This document shows positions 43,647 to 51,839 of a stretch of 64,000 bases of DNA, one piece after another (the stretch's first letter is position 1; every line of letters starts with the position of its first letter). The notes under the pieces are model-generated. The model saw nothing but the letters and a program-made list of their open reading frames with translations. It had not been told where the DNA came from and ran no database searches. The position numbers and the translations under genes are program-made. The DNA is from Caulobacter sp. (GTDB lineage Bacteria; Pseudomonadota; Alphaproteobacteria; Caulobacterales; Caulobacteraceae), in the NCBI GenBank assembly GCA_016125585.1, contig WGLL01000015.1, forward strand, positions 47,668 through 111,667. Reading direction: 5' to 3'.

Positions 43647-43676
43647 CGCCCCGGAGAGCAATCTCCGGGGCGTTTT
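43647..43676 (+). terminator. Intrinsic terminator after hppA
   Basis: CGCCCCGGAGA-GCAA-TCTCCGGGGCG followed by TTTT. Confidence 0.8.
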
Positions 43677-43776
43677 GCATTTCCCCATCAGGGAAGGGCG
43701 GGCGCCGCTCTCCCAATTCCATTGGAGCCCGGCCCCGCGGCGGGCCATACTTGCCTCCGGGCGAGAGGAGTGAGGG

Positions 43777-44388
43777 TTGGACCGGGAGGCCGACAACAGG
43801 GCGAAGGGGGCAGGGCCACGCGGCATCGACGAGGCCCTCGACACCATGCTCGCCGACACCCACGGCAAGGATCACATTCGGATCGGCGACATTCTCGACA
43901 CCTTCGGCCGTCAGGCGTTCGGCCCCCTGATCCTGGTCCCGGCGGTCCTCCTGACCCTGCCGACCGGCGCGCTCCCGGGCGTGCCGCTGGTGCTGGGCGC
44001 CTTCATCGCCGTCATCTGTTTCGAGATCGTGCTGGGGACCCACAAGCCGACCATCCCGCGGCTGTTCTCCCGCCTGAAGATGAAGCGGCAATCGGTCGTG
44101 AAGGCGCGTCAGGGCGCCGACGGGATCATCGGCTTTGTCGACCGGCTGATCCGGCCGCGCCTGACCTTTCTGGTCGGGCATCCGTTTCTGGAGATCATCG
44201 CGGTGATCTGCATCGCGCTTTGCATGCTGCTGTTGCCGCTGGAATTCGTGCCCTTCGCCACCGCCATCCCCGGGACGGTCCTCATCCTGATGGGTCTGGC
44301 GATCACCGCCAGGGACGGCCTGCTGGCCATGCTTGGCCTCATCTCCGCCGGCGGCGCAGGGGTCGGCGCCTGGGCGATGCTGTCCTGA
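43777..44388 (+). CDS. exoD: ExoD family membrane protein
   Basis: GDILDTFGRQAFGPLIL, LP...PG, PLE.VPF...IPG. Confidence 0.85.
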   Translation: MDREADNRAKGAGPRGIDEALDTMLADTHGKDHIRIGDILDTFGRQAFGPLILVPAVLLTLPTGALPGVPLVLGAFIAVICFEIVLGTHKPTIPRLFSRLKMKRQSVVKARQGADGIIGFVDRLIRPRLTFLVGHPFLEIIAVICIALCMLLLPLEFVPFATAIPGTVLILMGLAITARDGLLAMLGLISAGGAGVGAWAMLS

Positions 44389-44489
44389 CGTCTCCGGCGC
44401 CGGCGCTCTTGGGCGGGAGCCGGCGGACGCCATTGCGGGCTACTCCCACGCGAAAACCTCGGGTCCGGCCCCTGCCTTTGGCGGCCGAT

Positions 44490-44582
44490 CTACGGTCGCC
44501 GCCGAATGGCCCATATGACTTGCGCCACGGCGGCGATGAGGACGGCGAAGCCTGCGAGAAGCGTGGGGGTCAAAATGATCAT
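44490..44582 (-). CDS. 30-aa single-TM peptide MIILTPTLLAGFAVLIAAVAQVIWAIRRRP (not in the ORF track)
   Basis: Translated by hand. ATG 44582 overlaps the TGA of the upstream gene (ATGA); the hydrophobic core is followed by RRRP. Confidence 0.65.
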   Translation of the reverse strand: MIILTPTLLAGFAVLIAAVAQVIWAIRRRP

Positions 44583-45139
44583 AGCGAAAAAACATCCACG
44601 TCTTTCTTCCAAACGAGCCCCGCCAGTTCGGCGGCCTTCTTGAGGTACCGCTTCACCTCATCGGAAGAATTGTTCGTCGCTGCGTACCAGCCGGGCTTCA
44701 ATTCCGCCGAGAATTGCTGAGCCTGCTTTCGATTGTCGTAGAGATCTTCTGGTTGGCGGGCGACGGGCCGCTTGGACCTGGGGCGATAGCTTGCCAACTT
44801 GTCCAGTGTGCCGGGCCTCGCATCCTCCAGCTGCCGCATTCCACCCAGCCATGCCGCTTTCCATGACTTAAACTCGGTACGGGATCCCAGCAGTTCGAAG
44901 AATACCGAGCCCGTCCTTCGGCCAGCGACTTGGTCAAAATGCACGGCAGGAGCGGAGACGATTTCGTCTCCATCCAGCCTAGTAAGTCGTTCCAAGCCGA
45001 AATCGAACTCGAAGCGGGCAACAGGGTAGTTTCCCGCTAGCCAACGATCTTGGACAATCCAGACGGTGAATGATGGGTGGTCAGCAGCCAGGCTCGTCAT
45101 AGCCGCTGCGGCGTTTGAAATCTTTGCGACGCGGGCCAT
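44579..45139 (-). CDS. Orphan lower-GC protein; C-terminal half resembles a SeqA-C-like DNA-binding domain
   Basis: GAGGGAG RBS 7 nt upstream; spot counts of two 60-nt blocks give 53-57% GC; C-terminal motif KRPVAR.PEDLY...LKPGWY..TNNS. Confidence 0.7.
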   Translation of the reverse strand: MARVAKISNAAAAMTSLAADHPSFTVWIVQDRWLAGNYPVARFEFDFGLERLTRLDGDEIVSAPAVHFDQVAGRRTGSVFFELLGSRTEFKSWKAAWLGGMRQLEDARPGTLDKLASYRPRSKRPVARQPEDLYDNRKQAQQFSAELKPGWYAATNNSSDEVKRYLKKAAELAGLVWKKDVDVFSL

Positions 45140-45146
45140 CGCCTAA

Positions 45147-45194
45147 CTCCCTCACAATATCCTTATAAGCGCTTATAAGGATATTGTGAGGGAG
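45147..45194. repeat. Perfect 48-bp palindrome with no spacer
   Basis: CTCCCTCACAATATCCTTATAAGC|GCTTATAAGGATATTGTGAGGGAG, checked base by base. Confidence 0.95.
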
Positions 45195-45260
45195 CCGCAA
45201 GCCAGGTTTCCTCCTTTCAAAGCAGGCGATATTCTTCGAGCTTTCCGATACACCCCCGCC

Positions 45261-46568
45261 ATGTCCGACCTCTTCGCCGCCTCCGGCCTCACGCCCCACG
45301 CGCCCGCGCCGCTGCCAGAGCGGCTGCGGCCCCAGACCCTCGACGATGTCGTCGGTCAGGAGCATCTGCTGGGGCCGGGCGGGCCGATCCGCCGCATGGT
45401 CGACGGCAATCGGCTGGCCTCGATGATCCTCTGGGGCCCGCCAGGCACCGGCAAGACCACCATCGCCCGCCTGCTGGCCAAGGCGGCCGGCTATGAATTC
45501 CAGCAGCTTTCGGCCGTCTTCTCCGGCGTCGCCGACCTGAAGAAAGCCTTCGAACAGGCCCGCATGCGCCGCGCCGCCGGCCAGTCGACCCTGCTGTTCG
45601 TCGACGAGATCCACCGCTTCAACCGCGCCCAGCAGGACGGCTTCCTGCCCTTTGTCGAGGAGGGCGTCATCACCCTGGTCGGCGCCACCACCGAAAACCC
45701 CAGCTTCGAGCTCAACGGGGCGCTGCTCTCCCGCTGTCAGGTCTTCGTGCTTCGCCGTCTCGATGATGACGCCCAGCGAAACCTCCTGGCCAAGGCCGAG
45801 ACGGTCGAGGGCCGTCCGTTGCCGGTGGATGACAATGCCCGCGAGGCCCTGATCGCCATGGCTGACGGCGACGGCCGCTATCTGCTGACCCTGGCCGACA
45901 CCCTGCTGGGCCTCGACTTTCCGCAGCCCCTCGACACCGCCGGTCTGGCCCAGGTGCTGCAGAAGCGCAGCCCCGCCTACGACAAGGACCGGGAGGGCCA
46001 CTACAACCTGATCTCGGCCCTGCACAAATCGGTGCGCGGTTCGGATCCCGACGCCGCCCTTTACTGGCTGGCGCGGATGCTGGACGGCGGCGAGAACCCG
46101 CTGTTCCTGGCCCGCCGGCTGGTGCGGATGGCGAGCGAGGATATCGGCCAGGCCGATCCCCTGGCCCTGGTCATCGCCAACGCCGCCAAGGACGCCTACG
46201 ACTTCCTCGGCAGCCCGGAAGGCGAGCTGGCCCTGGCCCAGGTCGTGGTGCACCTGGCCGCCGCCCCCAAGTCCAACGCCGTCTACAAGGCCTTTGGCGA
46301 GGCGAGGAAGGCGGCGAAGGAGACCGGCTCCCTGACGCCCCCGGCCCACATCCTCAATGCCCCGACCGAGCTGATGAAGGACATCGGCTACGGAAAGGGC
46401 TACGCCTACGACCCCGACACCCCCGAAGGCTTCTCTGGCCAGAACTACTTTCCCGACGGCATGGAGCGCCGCACCTTCTACCGACCCAGGGGAGACGGCG
46501 CCGAGGGCCGGATCAAGGAGCGCCTCGAACGCTGGGCCGCCATGCGGGACGCCAGGCGTGAAGGGTAG
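45261..46568 (+). CDS. rarA: Replication-associated recombination protein A (RarA/MgsA)
   Basis: [49 protein letters not shown]. Confidence 0.96.
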   Translation: MSDLFAASGLTPHAPAPLPERLRPQTLDDVVGQEHLLGPGGPIRRMVDGNRLASMILWGPPGTGKTTIARLLAKAAGYEFQQLSAVFSGVADLKKAFEQARMRRAAGQSTLLFVDEIHRFNRAQQDGFLPFVEEGVITLVGATTENPSFELNGALLSRCQVFVLRRLDDDAQRNLLAKAETVEGRPLPVDDNAREALIAMADGDGRYLLTLADTLLGLDFPQPLDTAGLAQVLQKRSPAYDKDREGHYNLISALHKSVRGSDPDAALYWLARMLDGGENPLFLARRLVRMASEDIGQADPLALVIANAAKDAYDFLGSPEGELALAQVVVHLAAAPKSNAVYKAFGEARKAAKETGSLTPPAHILNAPTELMKDIGYGKGYAYDPDTPEGFSGQNYFPDGMERRTFYRPRGDGAEGRIKERLERWAAMRDARREG

Positions 46569-46576
46569 GGCCAGTG

Positions 46577-46731
46577 TCCTTCTCCCCCTGGGGGAGAAGG
46601 TGTCGGCGGAGCCGACGGATGAGGGGTCGCGCCGGTCTATCCCGCCGGGTCGGCCCACGCGATCGTCCGACGCCTGCTCAACCCCTCATCCGACCCCTTC
46701 GGGGCCACCTTCTCCCCCAGGGGGAGAAGGA
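46577..46731. repeat. Inverted repeat pair (family D, full element)
   Basis: CCTTCTCCCCCTGGGGGAGAAGGTG..GGATGAGGGG and CCCCTCATCC..CACCTTCTCCCCCAGGGGGAGAAGG. Confidence 0.85.
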
Positions 46732-46733
46732 TT

Positions 46734-47468
46734 TTGAGTTCCCCCAACCTCACTGAAGCCGACATCGCCTTCGTCCGCTCCCTCGTCATTCACGAAGACG
46801 ACGCCATTATCGCCTTCAACAAGCCGTCGGGCCTCTCCAGCCAGGGCGGGCGGATCAAGGCCCATACGCTGGACGACCTGCTGTTCGCCTTCGCCAGGTC
46901 ATCGGGCAACCGGCCCCGCCTGATCCACCGCCTCGACCGCGACACCAGCGGCGTCATCCTCACCGCCCGCACCAAGCCGGCGGCGGGATTTCTCGGCAAG
47001 GCGATGATGGGGCGGCGGTTTCGCAAGACCTATCTGGCCATCGTCGGCGGCGGCGCGCCGGAGCCGGCGGGCGGGGTCATCGAGGCGCCCCTGCGCCGCA
47101 TGGAGATCGGCCGCGAAAGCTACATGAAGGTCTGCCCGGCCGATCATCCGGACGCCGAGACCGCCGTCACCCGCTACCGAACCCTGGCCAGGACGGCCGA
47201 GGCCGCGCTGGTCGAATGCAGCCCCCAGACCGGGCGCATGCATCAGCTGCGGGTGCACCTGGCCAGCCTCGGCCGCCCGATCGCCGGCGACGCCCGCTAC
47301 GGCGGCGCCCTGACCCTTGGCGGGGTGGCGGTTCCCCGGCTGATGCTGCATGCGGCCAGGCTGAGTTTTCCCCATCCTGACGGCGGGACCACGACCATCG
47401 AGGCGCCGATGCCGGAGGATATGGCGACGATGGCGGCGGCGCTGGGGCTGGCCGTTCCGGTTCCCTGA
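46734..47468 (+). CDS. RluA family pseudouridine synthase
   Basis: NKPSGL, IHRLDRDTSG, TGRMHQLRVH, GD.RYG, LMLHA. Confidence 0.93.
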   Translation: MSSPNLTEADIAFVRSLVIHEDDAIIAFNKPSGLSSQGGRIKAHTLDDLLFAFARSSGNRPRLIHRLDRDTSGVILTARTKPAAGFLGKAMMGRRFRKTYLAIVGGGAPEPAGGVIEAPLRRMEIGRESYMKVCPADHPDAETAVTRYRTLARTAEAALVECSPQTGRMHQLRVHLASLGRPIAGDARYGGALTLGGVAVPRLMLHAARLSFPHPDGGTTTIEAPMPEDMATMAAALGLAVPVP

Positions 47469-47479
47469 CCCCCCAATAC

Positions 47480-47600
47480 CCGCTCTTCCCGACGAAAGTC
47501 GGGATCCAGCTGGCAATCAGCCTGCAGGTTCGGCGCTGATTTGCGCCAGTGCTTGTTCCGCAAGTGGACACTGGATCCCGACTTTCGTCGGGAAGAGCGG
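47480..47600. repeat. REPIN-like inverted repeat pair (family C, copy 2)
   Basis: Perfect 30-bp arms CCGCTCTTCCCGACGAAAGTCGGGATCCAG. Confidence 0.85.
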
Positions 47601-47633
47601 AGGATGGGAGCTATCGCGAACGGGGCCCGGAGG

Positions 47634-48626
47634 TTAGCCCCTCACCGCCGCGTCCGTCGCCCGGATCAGGCCGTCGATGATGCCGGGCTCGGTCGAGGCG
47701 TGCCCCGCGTCCCAGATGATCTCGAACTTCGCCTCCGGCCAGGCCTTGTGCAGGGCCCAGGCCGTCTCCAGCGGCGTCACCACATCGAAGCGCCCCTGAA
47801 CGATCCAACCGGGAATGTCGCGGATGCGGCCGACGTTGTTGAGCAGCCAGCCGTCCTCGTCGAAGAAGCCCTTGTTGGCGAAGAAGTGGTTCTCGATGCG
47901 GGCGAAGGCCACGGCGAAGTCGCTCTCGTTGAACTTCGGCGGCCGGGCCTCGGGCCCGCGAATGGAGATGGTGTCGCCTTCCCACTGGCTCCAGGCGGCG
48001 GCGGCCTCGGCCTGCACCTTGCGGTCCGATCCGGTCAGGCGGCGATGATAGGCGGCGATCAGGTCGCCCCGCTCGGCCTCCGGGATCGGCGCCTTGAACT
48101 TCTCGAAGGCGTCGGGAAACAGCATGCCGGCGCCATCCTGATAGAACCACTTCAGCTCGCGCTGGGTGACCAGGAAGATGCCGCGCAGCACCAGGCCGGA
48201 GACCCGCTCGGGATGGGTGATGGCGTAGGCCAGGGCCAGGGTCGAGCCCCAGCTGCCGCCGAACACCACCCACTTCTCGATGCCCAGATGCTCGCGCAGC
48301 CGCTCGATGTCCTCGATCAGGCTCCAGGTGGTGTTGTTCTCGAGGCTGGCGTTGGGCCGGCTCTTGCCGCAGCCGCGCTGGTCGAACAGCGCCACGCGAT
48401 ACGTCTGCGGATCGAAGAACCGCCGCATGGTCGGGTTGATCGCCCCGCCGGGCCCTCCGTGCAGCACCACGGCTGGGACGCCGTCCCGGTTGCCGCATTC
48501 CTCGAAGAAGATCTCGTGTGGCCCGTCGGTCTTCAGCCAGCCGAAGTTGAAGGGGTCAATCTCGGGATAGAGACCGCGACGGCCGCTTGACTGACCGATG
48601 GAGGAATTGGGGGAGGGACGATCCAT
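47634..48626 (-). CDS. pip: Proline iminopeptidase
   Basis: LYPEI, HGGPG, FDQRGCGKS, GGSWGSTL, QGRFD. Confidence 0.94.
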   Translation of the reverse strand: MDRPSPNSSIGQSSGRRGLYPEIDPFNFGWLKTDGPHEIFFEECGNRDGVPAVVLHGGPGGAINPTMRRFFDPQTYRVALFDQRGCGKSRPNASLENNTTWSLIEDIERLREHLGIEKWVVFGGSWGSTLALAYAITHPERVSGLVLRGIFLVTQRELKWFYQDGAGMLFPDAFEKFKAPIPEAERGDLIAAYHRRLTGSDRKVQAEAAAAWSQWEGDTISIRGPEARPPKFNESDFAVAFARIENHFFANKGFFDEDGWLLNNVGRIRDIPGWIVQGRFDVVTPLETAWALHKAWPEAKFEIIWDAGHASTEPGIIDGLIRATDAAVRG

Positions 48627-48681
48627 GAGGCGGTTCTAAGGTGGTTTCCGCTAGGTCGCCAGCCGAAGTTCCTCCTTCTGG

Positions 48682-48899
48682 TTCCTCCCTCGGCGCGCCG
48701 AAGGCGCGACGGGGGAGGGGGACCGCCCGCGAAGCGGGGGGTGGAGGGGGCGGCGCCGAAGGTGGCAATTGTCATGAACGCAGCTCTCACGGCCGCGCCA
48801 GAACGCACTTCAGCCTGACCGGCCGGGCGCTGCCCCCTCCACCCCGCGCCTATCCGCGCGCGGTCCCCTCCCCCGTGCGCTACGCCCCCGGGGGAGGAA
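48682..48899. repeat. Inverted repeat pair (family E, full element)
   Basis: TTCCTCCC..GGGGGAGGGGGACCGC..GGTGGAGGGGGC and GCCCCCTCCACC..CGGTCCCCTCCCCC..GGGAGGAA. Confidence 0.75.
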
Positions 48900-49896
48900 T
48901 GGGAAACCGCCGCCCCAGCCAGTCGAGCAGGGCCTTGTTGGTTTCCGCCGGCTTCTCCTGCTGGGTCCAGTGGCCGCTGCCCTTGATCAGGGTCTTCTCC
49001 AGATCGTCGCAGATCGCCTCCATCCCGTCGGCGGAGGAGGGCGGCAGCACCGCGTCCTTCTCGGCCATGACCATCAGGGCCGGCTGGCGCACGCGATGTT
49101 CGATCTTCTCGGCCTGTTCCCAGTTGCGGGTGAAGTTGCGGTACCAGTTGATGCCGCCGGTGAAGCCGGTCCGCTCGAAGGTCTCGGCGAAGACCTCGAA
49201 CTCCTCGTCGGTCAGGAAGAAGGGGCGCGGGTCCACCTCCGGGCTCCAGGCCTCCAGCGCGTCGACCAGGGCGAACAGCGACGGATCGCCCTCCTTGCGT
49301 TCGGTGGCGAAGCCGGCCGAGGCGTCTGCTGGCATGTCGATGGGGCTGCGCAGGAAGAAGTCCATCACCTTGCGCGGATTGGCGTCCAGCACCGCGTCGG
49401 CCTCGCCGGGCGTCTGGAAATGGACGATGTACATCCGCTCGCCCAGCCGCTTGCGCATGATGGCGATGGGGTCGAAGGGCGCGCGCGGCTGGAAGGGCGT
49501 GTTGAGGCTGATCACCCCGGCGACGCGGTCGGGATAGCGGATCGACATGTACCAGACGACAAAGCCGCCCCAGTCGTGACCGCAGAAGATCGCCTTCGGG
49601 GCTCCGATGTGATCCATCAGCGCCACAAGATCGGCGCAGAGGGTCTCGAGGTCGTAGCTGGTCACCTCCTCGGGCCGTTCGGTGAGGCCGTAGCCGCGCT
49701 GGTCGGGCGCGACGACCCAGCGGCCGGCGTCGGCCAGCGCCTTGATCTGGTGACGCCAGCTGAAGGCCAGTTCGGGGAATCCGTGGCTGAAGATGACCGG
49801 CACCCCCGTCTTCGGCCCGGCCTCGTACCAGGCCATGCGGATGCCGTTGATCTGGGCGTACTGCACCGGCGGCATCATGGTCTCGATCGCGGACAT
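48880..49896 (-). CDS. Alpha/beta hydrolase, epoxide hydrolase family
   Basis: HGFPE..FSWRHQ, APDQRGYG, GHDWGG, INWYRN, GHWTQQE. Confidence 0.9.
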   Translation of the reverse strand: MSAIETMMPPVQYAQINGIRMAWYEAGPKTGVPVIFSHGFPELAFSWRHQIKALADAGRWVVAPDQRGYGLTERPEEVTSYDLETLCADLVALMDHIGAPKAIFCGHDWGGFVVWYMSIRYPDRVAGVISLNTPFQPRAPFDPIAIMRKRLGERMYIVHFQTPGEADAVLDANPRKVMDFFLRSPIDMPADASAGFATERKEGDPSLFALVDALEAWSPEVDPRPFFLTDEEFEVFAETFERTGFTGGINWYRNFTRNWEQAEKIEHRVRQPALMVMAEKDAVLPPSSADGMEAICDDLEKTLIKGSGHWTQQEKPAETNKALLDWLGRRFPIPPPGA

Positions 49897-49967
49897 CGGC
49901 GGGCTCCCATCCCTTGGTTTGCCACAAGCTGAACCGGTAGCCCCCACGGAAAGCAACCCCCCGAAAA

Positions 49968-50043
49968 TCCTCCTCCGGCGCGAAGCGGCGGGGGAGGGGG
50001 ACCGCCGGCCCGACTGAGGGCCGGGGGTGGAGGGGGCGGCGCC
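49968..50043. repeat. Single arm of family E repeat
   Basis: TCCTCCTCC..GGGGGAGGGGGACCGC..GGTGGAGGGGGCGGCGCC, matching the arm at 48682-48757. Confidence 0.7.
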
Positions 50044-50139
50044 GGCGCCTTGCGATGACCATGAACACAGCAGTCATCGGCGTCGTCCCCCCAGGCGGCG
50101 TTTGCGCTCTTCACCCAACCGGCCTAGATCACCGCCACC

Positions 50140-51363
50140 TTGACCCAGACATCGCCTCAGACCCTCCCGCCGCCGGCCGCCACGCCCTGGGGCCTCGTCA
50201 TCCTGCTCGGGGCGATGACCGCCTTCGCCCCGATGTCGATCGACATGTATCTGCCGGCCCAGATCGCCATCGGAACGGCGCTGGCGGCCGATCATTCCCA
50301 GGTCGAGCTGACGCTGGCGACCTTCCTCGCCGGCATGGCCATCGGCCAGTTCTTCTATGGCCCGGCCTCGGACCGCTTCGGGCGGCGGGCGCCGGTGCTG
50401 GTCGGCTGCGCCATCTATGTGATCGCCTCGGCCGTCTGCGCCCTGACCAACAGCATCGAGGCCCTAATCGCCGCCCGCTTCGTCCAGGCCCTGGGCGGGT
50501 GCGCCGGAGGCGTCGTCGCCCGGGCCATCGTGCGGGACAATTTCGACCACCGCGACACTGCCCGCATCCTGTCGCTGCTGATGCTGGTCATGGGCCTGGC
50601 GCCGATCCTGGCGCCGATCGCCGGCAGCTTCGTCCTGACCATCGCCGACTGGCGGGCCATCTTCTGGTGCCTGGCGGCCTTCGGGGTGCTGGTGGCCCTG
50701 GCGGTCTGGCTGCGGCTCAAGGAGTCGCGCTCGGAGGAGACCGCCGCCCAGGCCCGGCTGGAAAATCCCTTCCAGGCCTTCGGGGCCCTGCTCGTTCAGC
50801 CGCGGCTGATCGGCTACCTGCTGGCCGGATCGCTGAACGGGGCGGTGCTCTTCACCTACATCTCGGCCTCACCGGGCCTGATCATGGGCATCTACGGGGT
50901 CTCGCCGGTGGCCTACAGCTGGCTGTTCGGGATCAACGCGGTCGGCATCATCGGCATGAACCAGGTCAACCGCGTGCTGCTGCGCACCTGGTCGCCCGAC
51001 GCGATCCTCCGCGCCGCCAGCACGGCGGGGATCGGCTTCGGGCTGTTGCTGGCGACGGCCGCCATGACCGGACTGGGCGGCCCCTGGACCGTGCTGCCGC
51101 TGCTGTTCGTGACCCTGGCGACCTACGCCCTGATGGCCGGCAACACCACGGCCGGCGCCCTCAACTGCGATCCCCGCCGCGCCGGCTCGATCTCGGCGCT
51201 CAGCGGCGGGCTGTCGTTCGGGGCCGGGGCGGTGGCCTCCGGGATCGGCGGGGCGCTGTATAACGGCACCCCCGTGCCGATGGCGGCCGTGATGTTGATC
51301 TGCCTGGTCGGGTCAGGCGCCGCTCTTCGGTTACTGGCCCTGCGCCCTCAGCGCGCGCCCTGA
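50140..51363 (+). CDS. Bcr/CflA (DHA1) multidrug MFS transporter
   Basis: P.SIDMYLP, GQFFYGPASDRFGRRAP, IVRD, APILAP. Confidence 0.9.
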   Translation: MTQTSPQTLPPPAATPWGLVILLGAMTAFAPMSIDMYLPAQIAIGTALAADHSQVELTLATFLAGMAIGQFFYGPASDRFGRRAPVLVGCAIYVIASAVCALTNSIEALIAARFVQALGGCAGGVVARAIVRDNFDHRDTARILSLLMLVMGLAPILAPIAGSFVLTIADWRAIFWCLAAFGVLVALAVWLRLKESRSEETAAQARLENPFQAFGALLVQPRLIGYLLAGSLNGAVLFTYISASPGLIMGIYGVSPVAYSWLFGINAVGIIGMNQVNRVLLRTWSPDAILRAASTAGIGFGLLLATAAMTGLGGPWTVLPLLFVTLATYALMAGNTTAGALNCDPRRAGSISALSGGLSFGAGAVASGIGGALYNGTPVPMAAVMLICLVGSGAALRLLALRPQRAP

Positions 51364-51722
51364 GTCCGCAGGGCGGAAGCCGCCAGCAACAGCCAGCCGA
51401 TCATGAAGGCCAGGCCGCCGACCGGCGTCACAGCCCCCAGCCAGCGCGGCCCGCCAAAAGCCATGGCGATCAGCGAGCCGCTGAACAGCACCACGCCGAC
51501 GAGAAAGGCCGAGCGGGTTCCGGCGATGACCCGGAGACCTGACCGGGCAAGGGCCGCGACGGCCAGCACCGCCAGGGCGTGCAGGCCGGCATACTGGCTG
51601 GCGGTCTTCAACCAGCCGATGGTTTTCTCGTCGGTCATGCCATGGGCGGCGAAGGCGCCGAAGGCGACCGAGGCCAGGCCGACCAGGGCCGCGATGGCGA
51701 TATCCGGATTTCTGTCTGTCAT
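51348..51722 (-). CDS. DUF423 family membrane protein
   Basis: GAFAAHG, TASQY..LH, FSGSL, GAVTPVGG. Confidence 0.88.
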   Translation of the reverse strand: MTDRNPDIAIAALVGLASVAFGAFAAHGMTDEKTIGWLKTASQYAGLHALAVLAVAALARSGLRVIAGTRSAFLVGVVLFSGSLIAMAFGGPRWLGAVTPVGGLAFMIGWLLLAASALRTQGAR

Positions 51723-51839
51723 CGCCGATTGACCTTCCGTCACCGTTGTAATCGCCTTCCGGGCGCGTAACCTGAACACTGATAAGGCAACGGCGTCCCG
51801 CAGCGAGACGCGGACCTTTCACAGGGAAGGACATACCCC

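Noticed and set aside
46574-46756. Short ORFs spanning the palindromic repeats (also around 47297-47571, 48556-48768 and 49875-50114)
   Set aside because: They are translations of repeat DNA and show the same repeat-derived peptides at different loci.
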